A DNA stretch of 64,000 nt from Octopus sinensis (Eukaryota), in assembly GCF_006345805.1 (NCBI RefSeq), contig NC_042997.1, positions 97,712,001 to 97,776,000 of the forward strand, written 5' to 3'. Numbering within the stretch: position 1 is the first letter of the stretch; each line of letters begins with the position of its first letter. The notes beneath the pieces are model-generated. The model did no database searches. It was not told the DNA's origin and saw only the letters and a list, made by a program, of their open reading frames with translations. This document shows positions 11,843 to 25,096 of the stretch, piece after piece. The position numbers and the translations under genes were made by a program.

Positions 11843-12179
11843 CAGAGGTTCTCAGTTGAGGTCCATATGGCCCCTGTAGGTCCATATAAGATTTTGTGGG
11901 GTCCGCACTACAGAATAGTAAATTGGGAATCCACAATAGTATTTTAAGGGCCCCTGAAAAAAATTTTGCTTCAGATGTATTGCAAGAAAGTTTGATTTCT
12001 TTCCCTAACATTTTACATAGTTCAACCTACACAAGGTAATGTGTGAAAAACAAAACAGGAATTTTCGAAAGAAGGGTCTATAAAACTAGCTTTTAAACAT
12101 CGAGTGGCTATGAAGGTCCATCAGCATAAAATAGCAACTAAAGGGGTCCATAGATAGAAAAAATGTTTGAAAATCTTTG
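11843..12179. mobile_element. hAT (Charlie/MER5-like) MITE
   Basis: Ends CAGAGGTTCTCA / TGAAAATCTTTG, subterminal GGGTCC repeats, degenerate 8-bp flanks CTTGAGAT / CTTTACAT. Confidence 0.65.
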
Positions 12180-12193
12180 CTTTACATGATATT

Positions 12194-12598
12194 CTCTTTA
12201 CTCTTTTACTTGTTTCAGTCATGTGACTGTGGCCATGCTGGAGCACCGCCTTTAGTCGAGCAAATCGACCCCAGAACTTATTCTTTGTAAGCCTAGTACT
12301 TATTCTATCGTTCTCTTTTGCCGAACCGCTAAGTTACGGGGACGTAAACACACCAGTATCGGTTGTCAAGCGATGTTGGGGGACAAACACAGACACACAA
12401 ACATATACACACACATACATATATACAAAATATTACGACGGGCTTCTTTCAGTTTCCGTCTACCAAATCCACTCACAAGGCTTTGGTCGGCCCGAAGCTA
12501 TAGTGGAAGACACTTTCCCAAGGTGCCGCGCAGTGGGACTGAACCCGGAACCATGAGGTTGGTAAGCAAGCTACTTACCACACAGCCACTCCTACGCC
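12194..12598 (-). mobile_element. SINE family A, full length
   Basis: tRNA-like head, internal (TA/TG)n, GTAAAAGA tail repeats. Confidence 0.92.
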
Positions 12599-12845
12599 TA
12601 TATATTTGGAAAATCCTCTGTGCTCTTGGCTACTCTTTGCAAGTGCAGCGTTTGAAACCCACTGTACTACGTTTTCTTTTTATATATTTTGGGTGTTACC
12701 AAAAAATTGTATGAACAGGACCAGAACGTTAAATAGCAGCCCTTCCTTCGAGTAAAAATACAGCTATCTTTGCCATGTCAAGAGAAGTGCAAGTAAACTG
12801 ATATGAGAAATATGCAATGCTGCAGGGAAACCATTCACTATAGTT

Positions 12846-12992
12846 ATTACTACTACTACTACTGCTACTACTACTACTACTAAGATCGCCGCCACCACCA
12901 CCACCAAGACCACTACTACTGCTACTAGTACTACTTAAATTGTTAACACCACCACCACTACTACTACCACCACCACCACCACTACTACTACC

Positions 12993-13023
<31 letters not shown>

Positions 13024-13176
13024 TAACTACTACCACCCGTACTACTGCTACTACTACTACTACTTAAATTGTTTCCACCACTACCACCACCCCATCTACT
13101 ACTACTACTTTTACCCCTCCTCCTCCTCCTCCTACTACTAACTACTACTACTACTACTACTACTAATACTACGACG

Positions 13177-13222
<46 letters not shown>

Positions 13223-13397
13223 TTACTTAAATTGTTACTGCCAACACCACCACTAATAAAAATAACACTACTTAAATTGTTACTACTAATATCACCACCA
13301 GCACCACCACTACTACTACAACTACTACTACTACTACTGCTGCTACTCCTGCTGCTGCTACTGCTGCTGCCGCTGCAGCTGTTGCTACTACTGCTGT
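12846..13397. repeat. Compound (CTA)n/(CAC)n/(CTG)n low-complexity tract with recurring CTTAAATTGTT
   Basis: Trinucleotide runs interrupted four times by the same 11-mer. Confidence 0.9.
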
Positions 13398-13774
13398 TTC
13401 TGTGAATGTAGGCTAGTCTCGAACAAACAATGACAGCATAATTATCTAGTCGGCTGGACTTCTGGGTTTCTTCTGATCATGTTCTTTCATATATCTTACA
13501 CACGAAGTTTATAAGAGTTACATAAGAGTTACATAAGAGTTGCTTACTTCAATTTGTTTCAGTTGATGAAAAAGAATCTGACTGTGATGACGAAACTTCT
13601 CTGGTGCTAGTGCTTACGACAAACACTCGTAGCAAGCTCAATTACAGAAACTAGCATGAGAAAAAGTATTCTAATCTTTGATTGAGGTAGATTTGCTATA
13701 CATGTATGTATGTATGTATGTATGTATGTATGTATGTATGTATGTATGTATGTATGTATGTATGTATGTATGTA

Positions 13775-13822
<48 letters not shown>

Positions 13823-13832
13823 TATATATATA

Positions 13833-14401
13833 TGTTGGGTTGTCCGGAAAGTTCGTGCCGATTTATAATAGCTTACTTTCGACGTATTTTAGAACATGGT
13901 TGAGTCCATGAAATAGTATATGACTTCACCTCCATTTAGAGCACAGTTTAAGCTATCTTTTCGTGGAAGAAGGTTTATGTTCCTATAATCTGTGTTAATT
14001 CTGTAACCCTTTAAAATGGAAGATGAGAAAACTCATTTTCGGCACTTGATGCTTTGGGAACCAGACAAAAATTACTGCAGCTCGGCTGGGATGTGTTACC
14101 CCACACTCCATATTCACTAGATATTGCTCCTTCGGATTTCCACTTATTCAGGTCTCTGTAGAATAGACTTAATGGTAGAAATTTCAATTCCTTGGATAAC
14201 GTAAAAAGATACCTTGATGAATTCTTTGCCATGAAACCACCTCAATTCTGGGAAGAGTGTATTTTCAAGTTAAAGGAAAGATGGAGACGCATTGTGGAAC
14301 AAAATGGTTCATATTTGGTTGATTAAAAATGCAATGGGAAGTATTTATTGACCTTTTTCTTTCCTTTAAAAATCGGTACGAACTTTCCGGACAACCCAGT
14401 A
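13833..14401 (+). mobile_element. Internally deleted mariner
   Basis: TIRs TTGGGTTGTCCGGAAAGTTCGTGCCGATTT / AAATCGGTACGAACTTTCCGGACAACCCAG; residual LGWDVLPHTPYSLDIAPSDFHLFRSL. Confidence 0.9.
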
Positions 14402-14414
14402 TATGCATATATCG

Positions 14415-14747
14415 GAGATCCCCTTCGGTCACGAATGACCATGGGACTGACCCTGAAAAGTTACTGTCCGAGATACAAGTCTGGGCAAGGTTGTTTATGG
14501 AAGACAATCAGTCGCCCATGCATACCAGCACCCCCTTTCCACGCCAGCAATGTTATCCAAGGGAAAGGCAAAGGCCGATACAGCTTGGCACCAGAGACGT
14601 CGCTACTCATTTCTACAGCTGAGTGAACTGGAACAACGTGAAATAAAGTGTCTTGCTCAAGAACACAACATGCAGCCCGGTCCGGGATTCGAACTCTCCC
14701 AACCTCACGGTCGTAAGTTCGACGCTCTAACCACTGTGAGCCATGCA
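14415..14747 (-). mobile_element. SINE family C, tail type 2
   Basis: tRNA-like head TGGCTCACAGTGGTTAGAGCG..GTTCGAATCCC, body GTGTTCTTGAGCAAGACACTTTATTTCACG; homologous to 29474-29768 and 54178-54460. Confidence 0.85.
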
Positions 14748-14755
14748 TATATATG

Positions 14756-14849
<94 letters not shown>

Positions 14850-14866
14850 TGTGTGTGTGTGTGTGG

Positions 14867-14903
<37 letters not shown>

Positions 14904-15010
14904 ATGTATGTATGTATATGTATGTATGTATGTATATATCAGCCAGATCTCGCTCAAATAAAAAAATAACCTGTTTGAAAAAAAAAAGACAAACGAATAA
15001 CAGATACATA

Positions 15011-15199
15011 GGCGCAGGCGTGGCTGTGTGATAAGGAGCTTGCTTCCCAACCACATGGTTCCGGGTTCACTCCCACTGCGTGGTACCTTGGACAAGTGCC
15101 TTCCTGCTATAGCCTCGGGCCGACCAAAGCTTTGTGAGTGAATGGATGTGGTAGACAGAAACTGAAAGAAGTCCGTCGTATATATATATATATGTGTGT

Positions 15200-15267
<68 letters not shown>

Positions 15268-15467
15268 GTCTGAGCTTGTCCTCCCAACATCGCTTGACAA
15301 CCGATGCTGGTGTGATTACGACCCCGTAACCTAGCGGTTCGGCCTCAGAGACCGATAGAATAAGTACTAGGCTTACAAAGAAGTCCTGGGGTCGATTTGC
15401 TCGACTAAAGGCGGTGCTCCAGCATGGCCACAGTCAAATGACTGAAACAAGTAAAAGAGTAAAGAGT
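15011..15467 (+). mobile_element. SINE family A, full length
   Basis: Head GGCGCAGGCGTGGCTGTGTG..GGGTTCACTCCC, internal microsatellite, GTAAAAGA tail. Confidence 0.92.
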
Positions 15468-16045
15468 ATATACAGAGAGGAGTGGTGTGGGGGACGAGAT
15501 AATGTGATGTGTGATGTGTGATGCGAATAGATGTGGCTAAATGACTGAAAGCGTCCAGTGAAATTGCCCGAATGAGTGGAATATCTAACGTTCCAGACAG
15601 AATCCTTCTCCGGGATAAAAAAGAGACAAGAGGGAAATAAAAAGGAGTACCGGTTTATAACCGTTATGTTTGAGAAACTGATTGCATTTGGTATTGGTCA
15701 CGCAAATGGCTACCACACCCAAATAACCTTTCTCGGACAATCGAATATACTCACTCTATTGACAAATATACGAGTGTATATTCTTTCTGACTTATGAATT
15801 CTTAGACGGCTATGTGACTGCGACACGCGTTTGTGTGTCTGTGAGAGTGTATGTCCTTGGTATGACTTTTTAAACTGCATCCCGTTGTGCGGCCTCGGTT
15901 CCAGGGCTTTGAGGAATGTGGGATCACCTCTTAAAACATTCTGTCGATATAAACTTTGGTTGTTGATTTTCGTGCAAATTTCCAGAAAGAAATTGTTTCA
16001 ATATTCACAAAATGCCAATAACTTTTGATTAATTATTTTATTATT

Positions 16046-16432
16046 GCGAACTGGCAGAAACGTTAGCACGCCGGGTGAAATGCTTAGCGGTATTTCGTCT
16101 GCCGTTACGTTCTGAGTTCAAATTCCGCCGGGCTCGACTTTGCCTTTCATCCTTTCAGGTTCGATTAAATAAGTACCAGTTACGCACTGGTGTCGATATA
16201 ATCGAATTAATCCGTTTGTCTGTCCTTGTTTGTCCTCTCTGTGTTTAGCCCCTTGTGAGTAGTAAAGAAATAGGCATTTCGTCTGCCGCTACGTTCTGAG
16301 TTCAAATTCCGCCGAGCTCGACTTTGCCTATTAACCTTTCAGGATCAATAAATTAAGTACCAATGAACTTGACTAGTCCCCTCCCACCAAATTGTAGGTC
16401 TTGTGCCTTTGGTAGAAAGGACTATTATTATT
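16046..16432 (+). mobile_element. SINE family B, dimer
   Basis: Two Meta-like cores with the same junction as 4705-5090; (TTA)n tail. Confidence 0.88.
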
Positions 16433-17128
16433 ATTGTTATAATCATCATTATTTAGGAGTGGACGAGACGTTATCTATCTTCCGCACACTATCCTTTATA
16501 TCAGAACACTCTGTTCAGACATGACAAATAAAACGATAACACCTAAAGTCAAGTTAGTGCTATCTTCTTCATGTAATGAAAAGAGGGTGAAATTAGATAA
16601 TGAATAATACTTATATGGTAAGAAGACGGAAAAAATATTATTCAGTCAATGACTGAATCAGAAATCATTTAACCTGATCTTCATATGTACGGACGACAAT
16701 TCCAGGCATTCTTCTGATTATTGGTGCTCAGCAAAGTATGATCTTCTCATTATTATGTAATAAGAGAATCATTCCAAGTGTCAAAAATTATTATAATGAC
16801 CAAGGGAAAAACGATTTGGAGATACCATCTGCCAGAAAAATGATACCCAAAGTTTACATCGATAAAATGTCAGGAAAAATGTCACAAATTCAAAATTCGT
16901 GGGGTCGACTGTTACGATGATTTGGGGCAAGGATTTGAATAAAGTAATTATTTGTATGACCACATTCAGATAATGTATCCAACAATAAAACTAGACGCAA
17001 CCCATATTGTTTACAACCCCTACAGGCCACTTGTTTTGTGCGATACTATACGGCAACACAAATATTTTTTCACTGGGCAAATAAAAGATGATACTCAGCT
17101 CTCATTTAAATGGCATGTAGAAACGAAT

Positions 17129-17479
17129 CCAGGTAAAGAAAAAAGTCACAGGTAAAAAAGTCGCAGGAAAAAAAAGTCACGGAAAAAAGAAGTCACAGGA
17201 AAAAAAGTCACATGTTAAACCATCATATATAAATAGAGTTGTCTATGTACAAGTCATATCGTGTCAGTTAATAACTTATTTAAAATATTTTCTGTTTTAT
17301 TACTTCAATTGTTTATGGTACTTAAATAAATTGTGACTGACTTGAATATTTTTGTTGCTTACCTGACTTTCTTTCCTCGACAAAATTGTGACCTTTTTCT
17401 GTAATTTTTTTCCTATGACTTTTTTACCAGCCACCATATATTAACTGTAACTTTTTTTTTCCTGTGACATTATTACTGG
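17129..17479. mobile_element. Foldback-type MITE with tandem GGAAAAAAGTCACA subrepeats
   Basis: About five copies on the left and inverted, degenerate copies (TGTGACTTTTT..CC) on the right. Confidence 0.7.
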
Positions 17480-17689
17480 CCACGGTAGATACAGAGATGT
17501 ATTTTGGAAGCTTTTGATCGTAAAAGTCAACGTAAATGAATAATTGCTTCTTGATAGGTTTTACGTAATGTTTGACAGGCATCTGTTGGCGAATTTGGTC
17601 TTATGTTTCTAATATATATAATTTTAGTGTCACGGTACCGTAAACTTGAGATATAGGATTATCATACTATAATAAAGACACCCTCACCG

Positions 17690-17820
17690 TCTCTATGCCT
17701 GCTATTACTCTCACCCCAGTATGAGCAATAGCAAAAGTATCAATGAATAGTGAGAGAGAGGAGGATCAAAGTGTGACATACTGACACACAGAAATTAGTT
17801 TTCGTATTTATTATCTTAGA
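17690..17820 (-). repeat. Dispersed repeat, possibly Helitron/Helentron-derived
   Basis: Second copy at ~18470-18590 (CCCAGTATGAGCAATAG..AAAGTGTGACA.ACTGACACACAGAAATTAGTTT); the classification is a guess. Confidence 0.5.
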
Positions 17821-18098
17821 TGTATGTATAAAATGTTGGAAGTAGTGTACAGATATCGAATATTGAGAAAAGAGGAGGTCGCCAGAACTTTGGGAAAAGA
17901 ATTTTTTTTATTGAGTCATTGTTATTAGCACTTCCGTTCGTCTTCGAAATTGTTAAATAAAATTGTGAATGTCAAACAGTTTGTTCATTCATATAAATTA
18001 AGTGTTTTTTGTTTTGTTTAGAAGGGGAAAACATTGTTTTTTTTTTTTTTTTTTGGGTGAGGTTCCAGGACAATGGGGATAGATAAATAGATAGAAAG

Positions 18099-18171
<73 letters not shown>

Positions 18172-18848
18172 GGACAGGTAGACAGACAGATAGATTCGTA
18201 GAGAGAGGGAGGGGAGGGATTTCTTTTCAATTTGTAATATTTTTTGCCATTGTATAGCTACTGGCATGAGACATGAGTTCAAAGAAGGTGACCACTTTTT
18301 GGATGGGCACACGCCCACATTTCTCTCTCTCTCTCTTATTATTACTCCCACTGCCACCATCAACGCTACTACTTTTAATAAAACATCAACCCTCCGTAAA
18401 TTTCTTTGTCTCTCTTTCTTACCTTCTCTTTTACTTTCTCTCTGTCTGCCCGTCTTCACCACCAACCCCACTGTCTTAATGCCAACTGTTACTCTCAACC
18501 CAGTATGAGCAATAGTGAAAGTGTCAATGAATAGTGAGAGGGGGTCAAAGTGTGACACACTGACACACAGAAATTAGTTTATATTATATATATATATATA
18601 TATATGTATGTTTGTGTGTATGTGTTTGTTCCTCTACCATCGCTTGATAACCGATGTTGGTGTGTTTACGTTCCCCGTAACTTAGCAGTTCGGCAAAGGA
18701 TATCGATAGAATAAGTACTAGGTTTACAAAGAATAAGTCCTGGGGTCGAATTGTTCGACTAAAGGCGGTTCTCCAGCATGGCTGCAGTCAAATGACTGAA
18801 ACAAGTAAAAGAGTATAAGAATATATATATATATATATATATATATAT

Positions 18849-18895
<47 letters not shown>

Positions 18896-18961
18896 ACGTG
18901 TGTATGTGTGTTTATAAAACATACATACCTATATACATATATGTATATATATATATATATA

Positions 18962-19330
18962 GGCGCAGGAGTGGCTGTGTGGTAAGTAGCTTGCTAACCA
19001 ACCACACGGTTGCGGGTTCAGTCCCACTGCGTGCATCTTGGGCAAGTGCTTCTGCTATAGCCCCGAGGCCCGACCAATGCCTTGTGAGTGGATTTGGTAG
19101 ACGGAAACTGAAAGAAGCCTGTCGTATATATGTATATATATGTATATGTGTGTATGTGTTTGTGTGCTGTGTTGTCCCCCTAGCATTGTTGACAACCGAT
19201 GCTGGTGTGTTTAGGTCCCCGTCATAGCGGTTCGGCAAAAAGAGACCGATAAAATAAGTACTAAAAGGTGGTGCTCAGCATGGCCGCAGTCAAATGACTG
19301 AAACAAGATAAAAGAGTAAAGAGTAAAGAG
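18962..19330 (+). mobile_element. SINE family A (a 3'-half copy also lies at ~18605-18815)
   Basis: Homologous to 15011-15467. Confidence 0.9.
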
Positions 19331-19340
19331 AAGTATATAT

Positions 19341-19372
<32 letters not shown>

Positions 19373-19373
<1 letters not shown>

Positions 19374-20633
19374 CAGGTCATCCCATAAGGTCTGTCTGAT
19401 TTTACCTTTTTTTAAAAATTGAATAGAATTTAAAAGTAATTTAGAATGTCTAATGAAATTAAAAATTATTTTTATGCATTTGTGTACATTTAAACTAATT
19501 AAATATTATTTTACAGAATAATAAAATTAAAATTTCTTTGATTAAAACCATTTCTAACATAGAAGTATCCAAATAGCATTTGAGGCACATATTGCTTTAT
19601 GAGTACACAAAAAGGAAACTCTGCAGCCGAAGAGTCTCAGAACATACACTCAGTTTATGGAAAAGAATGCTTGAATGAAAGAACTTGCGGAAGATAGTTC
19701 GCAAAATTCAGAAGTGGAGATTTCAGACTTGAAGATGAAGATCAAACAGGAAGTCCAGTTGAGTTTGATGACAAGCTCCTTGAGGCATTACTTGAAGAAA
19801 ATCCTGCATTATCAGTTGAAGAATTGGCAATAAGCTTAGTTCAAACCATACAACTGTTTATCGCCATCTTCAACAACTTGGAAAGGTTCCTAAACTTGGA
19901 AAATGGGTGCCTCATGAATTGTCCGAAAGTTGATATCCGCTCTTCTCTCCATTCTCGCGAACTCATTTCACCCTTTTTGGATAGACTTGAGACTGGTGAG
20001 GAAAATTGGATCTTCTATCAAAATGTTACACATCGTAAACAGTGACTTGGTAAAAGGGAAAAAGCTCAACCACAACCGAGAAAGGAACTTCATGGGAAAA
20101 AGGTTCTTCTCTCTATCTGGTGGGATTGTAAAGGAGTAATTCACTTTGAGTTCTTACCACCTAATGCATCAATCAATGCTCAAGTCTACTGTCAGCAATT
20201 AGAGTGTTTGAACCAAGATTTGAAGGGGAAAAGACCCGCTTTAGTGAATCGTAAAGGAGTGATGTTTGATCAGGACAATACGCGACCCCACACTACAAAG
20301 ACCACAGCACAGAAGATCGAAGAGCTTGGTTGGGAAAAAATTCCTCATCCACCTTATTCTTCCGACCTTGCTCTTTCAGATTACCATTTTGTTTCATAGT
20401 TTACAGAATCATTTGGGGACATAAATTTCGTAAGCCAGGAGAAGGTCGAAAGTGACATTTCAGAGTTCTTCGCTTTGAAACCAAAAGAGTTTTACACTGG
20501 TGGGATTAAAAAGCTTGTAAATAGATGGAAGGAAGTCATATATAATCAGGGAAGGTATATGGATGATTAAATTTCAATTAAATATAACATTTGGTCACTT
20601 GTTTTCTTTATTCAAAATTCGGACAGAACTTAT
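19373..20633 (+). mobile_element. Mariner transposon, near full length, decayed transposase (~19558-20569)
   Basis: Left TIR TCAGGTCATCCCATAAGGTCTGTCTGATTTT, partial right TIR AAAATTCGGACAGAACTTAT; WVPHEL, TGEENW, QDNTRPH and HPPYSSDLALSDY motifs with stops and frameshifts. Confidence 0.9.
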
Positions 20634-20735
20634 TTTGACGCTCGGAAAAGTAAGAAAGTCTTTTACGTTTTGAGCCTGCGCTCTGCAACTGAAAGAAATA
20701 ACAAAAAATAAACAGAGAGAAACTTGTGGATGTAG
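20634..20735 (-). mobile_element. Third, decayed copy of the hammerhead-bearing repeat
   Basis: Minus strand 20696-20659 reads TCTTT CAGTTGC A GAGC GCAG GCTC AAAA CG TA AAAGA; it replaces the end of the mariner TIR. Confidence 0.55.
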
Positions 20736-20967
20736 ATGGTTGAGAAAAAAATAGGTTTGACTAGGGAGCTAGAAAGGAGGGGAGATAATAAAACAAAGGT
20801 GTCGTGGTTTCATGTTGGTATATGGGTAACAGTTAGTTGGAAAATACTGCACGGCGAACAGGAAATTGACCACGAGATTTGCGTGCATGTGTATATTGAT
20901 GCGAGTGTGCGCATCTGTACGCATGTCTGAACATAGACAAACAAGTGCCCGTTCTTTCGTTTGTCCA

Positions 20968-21005
<38 letters not shown>

Positions 21006-21040
21006 TATATATATATATATATAATATATATATATATATA

Positions 21041-22588
21041 AAGGAAATGAAGAAAATGCTGACAAATAATTTAAGTAAGGAGGAGAGTGTATTTAATTAG
21101 TGATGAAAGTCTTTTTACCGGTTGCGCATTTGTTATGCTTATGCCAACAGTACTGCCAACCACAACAACTAAACCCACAGTAAACAAGTGCAATAGACCC
21201 AGCTGTGGTATATGCATCAACCTAATAGAAGGTCCGGAATTCCTTTTTAAACAAGGACAAACGTTCACAGTTAAACAAACTTCACATGCGCATCAGAAAA
21301 CCTAGTATATGTTTAACTTGCTCGGGCTGTAATGAACACTACATAGGCCCAAACTAAAAATAGCCTCCGCCAACGCATGACTGTCCACAGATCCCAAATA
21401 AAAATACAGGAGGAACACAGAAAAATAGCACTTAGTGCACATATTGATACCTGTGCCGCACAACTTCATCCCAATTTTAGAATCTTTCCCCCCTTAACAA
21501 ATTTAAGACAATGCCACTCATACCAAGCGAATAACCATGGAATCCCACCTTATTAATAAATACAGACCACTTCTAAACTATCCCCTAACACGAACCCACA
21601 ACAAACACACTTACACATGCACACCACTACACACTTTTACCCACATATTAACACCATGTCACACGCAAATATATGGTTCCACACAACACATAATTGATAC
21701 GGTTGCAAAACATCCAAACACTATTTTTGGAAATGACTGTAAATATTGACTTCACACAAACACGTTGCTCCCGATACAGGCACAAGGCCAGCAGAACTAT
21801 AAAAATTGAAAATGTACTAAAACACACGCACACATATATACCCGCGCGCGCCGCCCCAACATACATATAAACACACACACACACACACACACATACATAA
21901 TGTAGCTCTTCCTGTCCTAAACGAACTTACTTATCCAGCTCAAATTCAGTCAAGCGAAAATACACTCCTTAATTACGCGCCCTAAAGCTATTTATTTAAA
22001 AATCCACATGACGTCTACTGACCACAGCCTGAACAATAAGAATTTTCAACAACGCTTATTTTCGAAAACTCCATACACCACCCACACTAACATTCATTCT
22101 AAACATTCACGTGCCTCTCTATTATGACGACATCCACGTGACCTCTTTATTTTGACAATAAGAAATTTTAGGCGCGATACTAGCCAAATTTTAACATCTC
22201 TGGAGCCTATTTTCTTACCCCAACACCAACTTCCATTCCAAACATTCACGTGAACCCTTTTAATGACCAATCAAAATTGTATTGACCATTGTCCACAAGA
22301 AATTTTAGGCGCGGAAACCAAGCAAATCTTAAACAACTCTGGGGCCTCTTTTTCACATATAAGGGACAGCAAACCCAACATAAAGTCAGATAAGAGAAAA
22401 AAATCTATCAGAAAGGAACTCTATCTCACTTAAAAAATATCTTTTGGTAAGCATAACAAATGCGCAACCGGTAAAAAGAACTTTCACCTATTAAATACAC
22501 TCTCCCTTAACTTAATTATTTTGTCAGCATTTTTCTTCATTCCTTTTTTTATATATCACAACTCGTGTTCGACATCTCCTTTTTTAAA
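21041..22588 (+). mobile_element. Penelope-like element copy 3, with an inverted 3'-end copy at its 5' end
   Basis: 21041-21142 is the reverse complement of ~22449-22548; GIY-YIG domain follows; (TA)n on both sides. Confidence 0.9.
21143..21590 (+). pseudogene. Penelope GIY-YIG endonuclease domain, frameshifted
   Basis: KCNRPSCGIC..FTCASENLVY..C.GCNEHYIG..RQRMTVHRSQI..MESHLINKYRPLLN: Cys-rich linker plus VY-YIG, catalytic R, E and N. Confidence 0.88.
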
Positions 22589-22631
22589 ATATATATATAT
22601 ATATATTAATATAAATATATATATATAGACT

Positions 22632-23049
22632 GGCACAGGAGTGGCTGTGTGGTAAGTAGCTTGCTTACCACCCACATGGTTCCGAGTTCAGTCCCACTGT
22701 GGCACCTTGGGCAAGTGTCTTCTACTATAGCCTCGGGCCGACAAAGCCTTGTGAGTGGATTTGGTAGACGGAAACTGAAAGAAGCCCGTCGTATATATGT
22801 ATATATATATATGTGTGTGTGTATGTGTGTGTTGTTTGTGTGTTTGTGTTTGTCCCCCTAGCATTGCTTGACAACCGATGCTGGTGTGTTTATGTCCCCG
22901 TTACTTAGCGGTTTCGGCAAAAGAGACCGATAGAATAAGTACTGGGCTTACAAAAAAGAATAAGTCCGCGGGTCGAGCTGCTCGATTAAAGGCGGTGCTC
23001 CAGCATGGCCGCAGTCAAATGACTGAAACAAGTAAAAGAGTAAAAGAGT
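22632..23049 (+). mobile_element. SINE family A
   Basis: Homologous to 15011-15467. Confidence 0.9.
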
Positions 23050-23423
23050 ATATATATACAACAATTGCAGCGTGGAAGGTGTTTATAAGCCATTTAAGAA
23101 ACACACAAAAGCCGTTCGTTCACTCAACATGTAAGTTTAATTTGTCAAAATATTTTCGTCGCTAAAATCCGCGACCTGTTCACTGACAAAGTCCGTGCAT
23201 CTGCATCTCTCTCCTCTCTCTCTCTCTCTCTCTTTATTTTCGATATATATATATATAGTATATATAATATATATATATATAAATATATATATAATATATA
23301 TATTATATATTATATATATATATATATATATTATAATATATATATATATATATATATCTATATATATAACATACATACATATACATATATATATATGATA
23401 TTATATTATATATATATACTATG

Positions 23424-23755
23424 GGGGGCGCGTGGCTTAGTGGTTAGGGCATTCGGCTCATGATCGTAAGGTTGTAGTTCGATTCCCGGCGACGCGTTGT
23501 GTCCTTGAGCAAGACACTTTATTTCACGTTCCCCCCCCAAAACTTCTCCAGTCACTCAGCGGCAAAAATGAGTTGTACTTGTATTTCAAAGGGTCAGCCT
23601 TTCACTCCTCTTGTGTCACGCTGATTATCCCCGAGAACTACGTTAAGGGTACACGTGTCTGTGAATGCTCACCATTTGCACGTTAATTTCACGAGCAAGC
23701 TGTTCCGTTGATCGTATCAGCTGGACCCTCGTCGTCGTAAACGGCGGACGAGCTT
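23424..23755 (+). mobile_element. SINE family C, tail type 1
   Basis: A box TGGCTTAGTGG, B box GTTCGATTCC, GTGTCCTTGAGCAAGACAC body; homologous to 40168-40457, 32132-32250 and 60712-60990. Confidence 0.88.
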
Positions 23756-23771
23756 TAAAAATATATATATA

Positions 23772-23812
<41 letters not shown>

Positions 23813-24448
23813 TATATATATATATATATATAATATATATGTATGTACATGTATATACATATAATATATGTAATTGAGATTCAGTTGAATGAAGTAATTA
23901 AGTTGAAACACCAGCAGTTCTGTGATATTGCATTACTATTTCATTCTTATTTGCATATTATATACGTATGTATATATGTATATATATATATATAATATTA
24001 TATAATATATATTATATATATATATTTATATCATATATATAATATATATATACATATATATACACACATATATGCATGTATTCGTTGTTTTCTTTAACCG
24101 AAGTCTCATTGAAAAATAAGATAGGAGGAGGGAACCAGTTTATTTGAAATATATTTTTATAAAATAGTTATGCAGTTTCTTTTGTGTGTATTTTATAAGA
24201 AATCAATAGAGTGCGAAAATAAACCCGGTCAAGATTGTCAATGAGTAATCAGTCAAATTTGCCACGTAAATGTAGCCTGAGAAATTTCAGCCAATCAAGT
24301 GACGAATAATCCAAACACGTGATTTTTCTCTTTTTTTTTTTTTTTTCTGTTCTGACATACACGCAAGTATATGCTTCACACTCCCACTAACACGCTTACA
24401 CATGGTTGCATGTGTCCAATTGCATAGGTGAATGTGTGTGTGTATGTG

Positions 24449-24486
<38 letters not shown>

Positions 24487-24664
24487 CGCGTGCGTGCGTG
24501 TTTGGATTATCAGTCAGGAAGTTCACGAGTCCTTTCGTCTTATCTTCCCCAGCTGAATCCGTTGCAAATACACACAACAGTATGTGTGTGTATATATATA
24601 TATATATATAATATATATATATGTGTATATATATATATATATATATTATATATTATATATATAT

Positions 24665-24711
<47 letters not shown>

Positions 24712-24755
24712 GTGTGTATATATATATATATAACATATATATATATCTATACATA

Positions 24756-24788
<33 letters not shown>

Positions 24789-24835
24789 TTCACCTATGCA
24801 ATTAGACACATGCAACCATATATATATATATATGT

Positions 24836-25096
24836 GGAGGCGCAATGGCCTAGTGGTTAGGGCAGCGGACTCGCGGTCGTAGGATCGCGGTTTCGATTCC
24901 CAGACCGGGCGTTGTGAGTGTTTATTGAGCGAAAACACCTAAAAGCTCCACTCTTTCTCCCACTCTTTCTTCTGTTGGCCTGCTCGCTTAGCCAGCGGGG
25001 TGGCGTCATTCGAAGGCTAAAAACAATGCGAATGCATTGTGACCAGCGATGTGTAAAAAACATCTGATGGTCTGGTCGGTCACGTGATCACGTGAT
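24836..25096 (+). mobile_element. SINE family D, CACGTGAT tail
   Basis: A box TGGCCTAGTGG, B box TTTCGATTCC; head shared with 25507-25813. Confidence 0.85.

Noticed and set aside
23424-23495. tRNA gene (also other A/B-box heads)
   Set aside because: A and B boxes run directly into SINE bodies; no complete cloverleaf or terminator.
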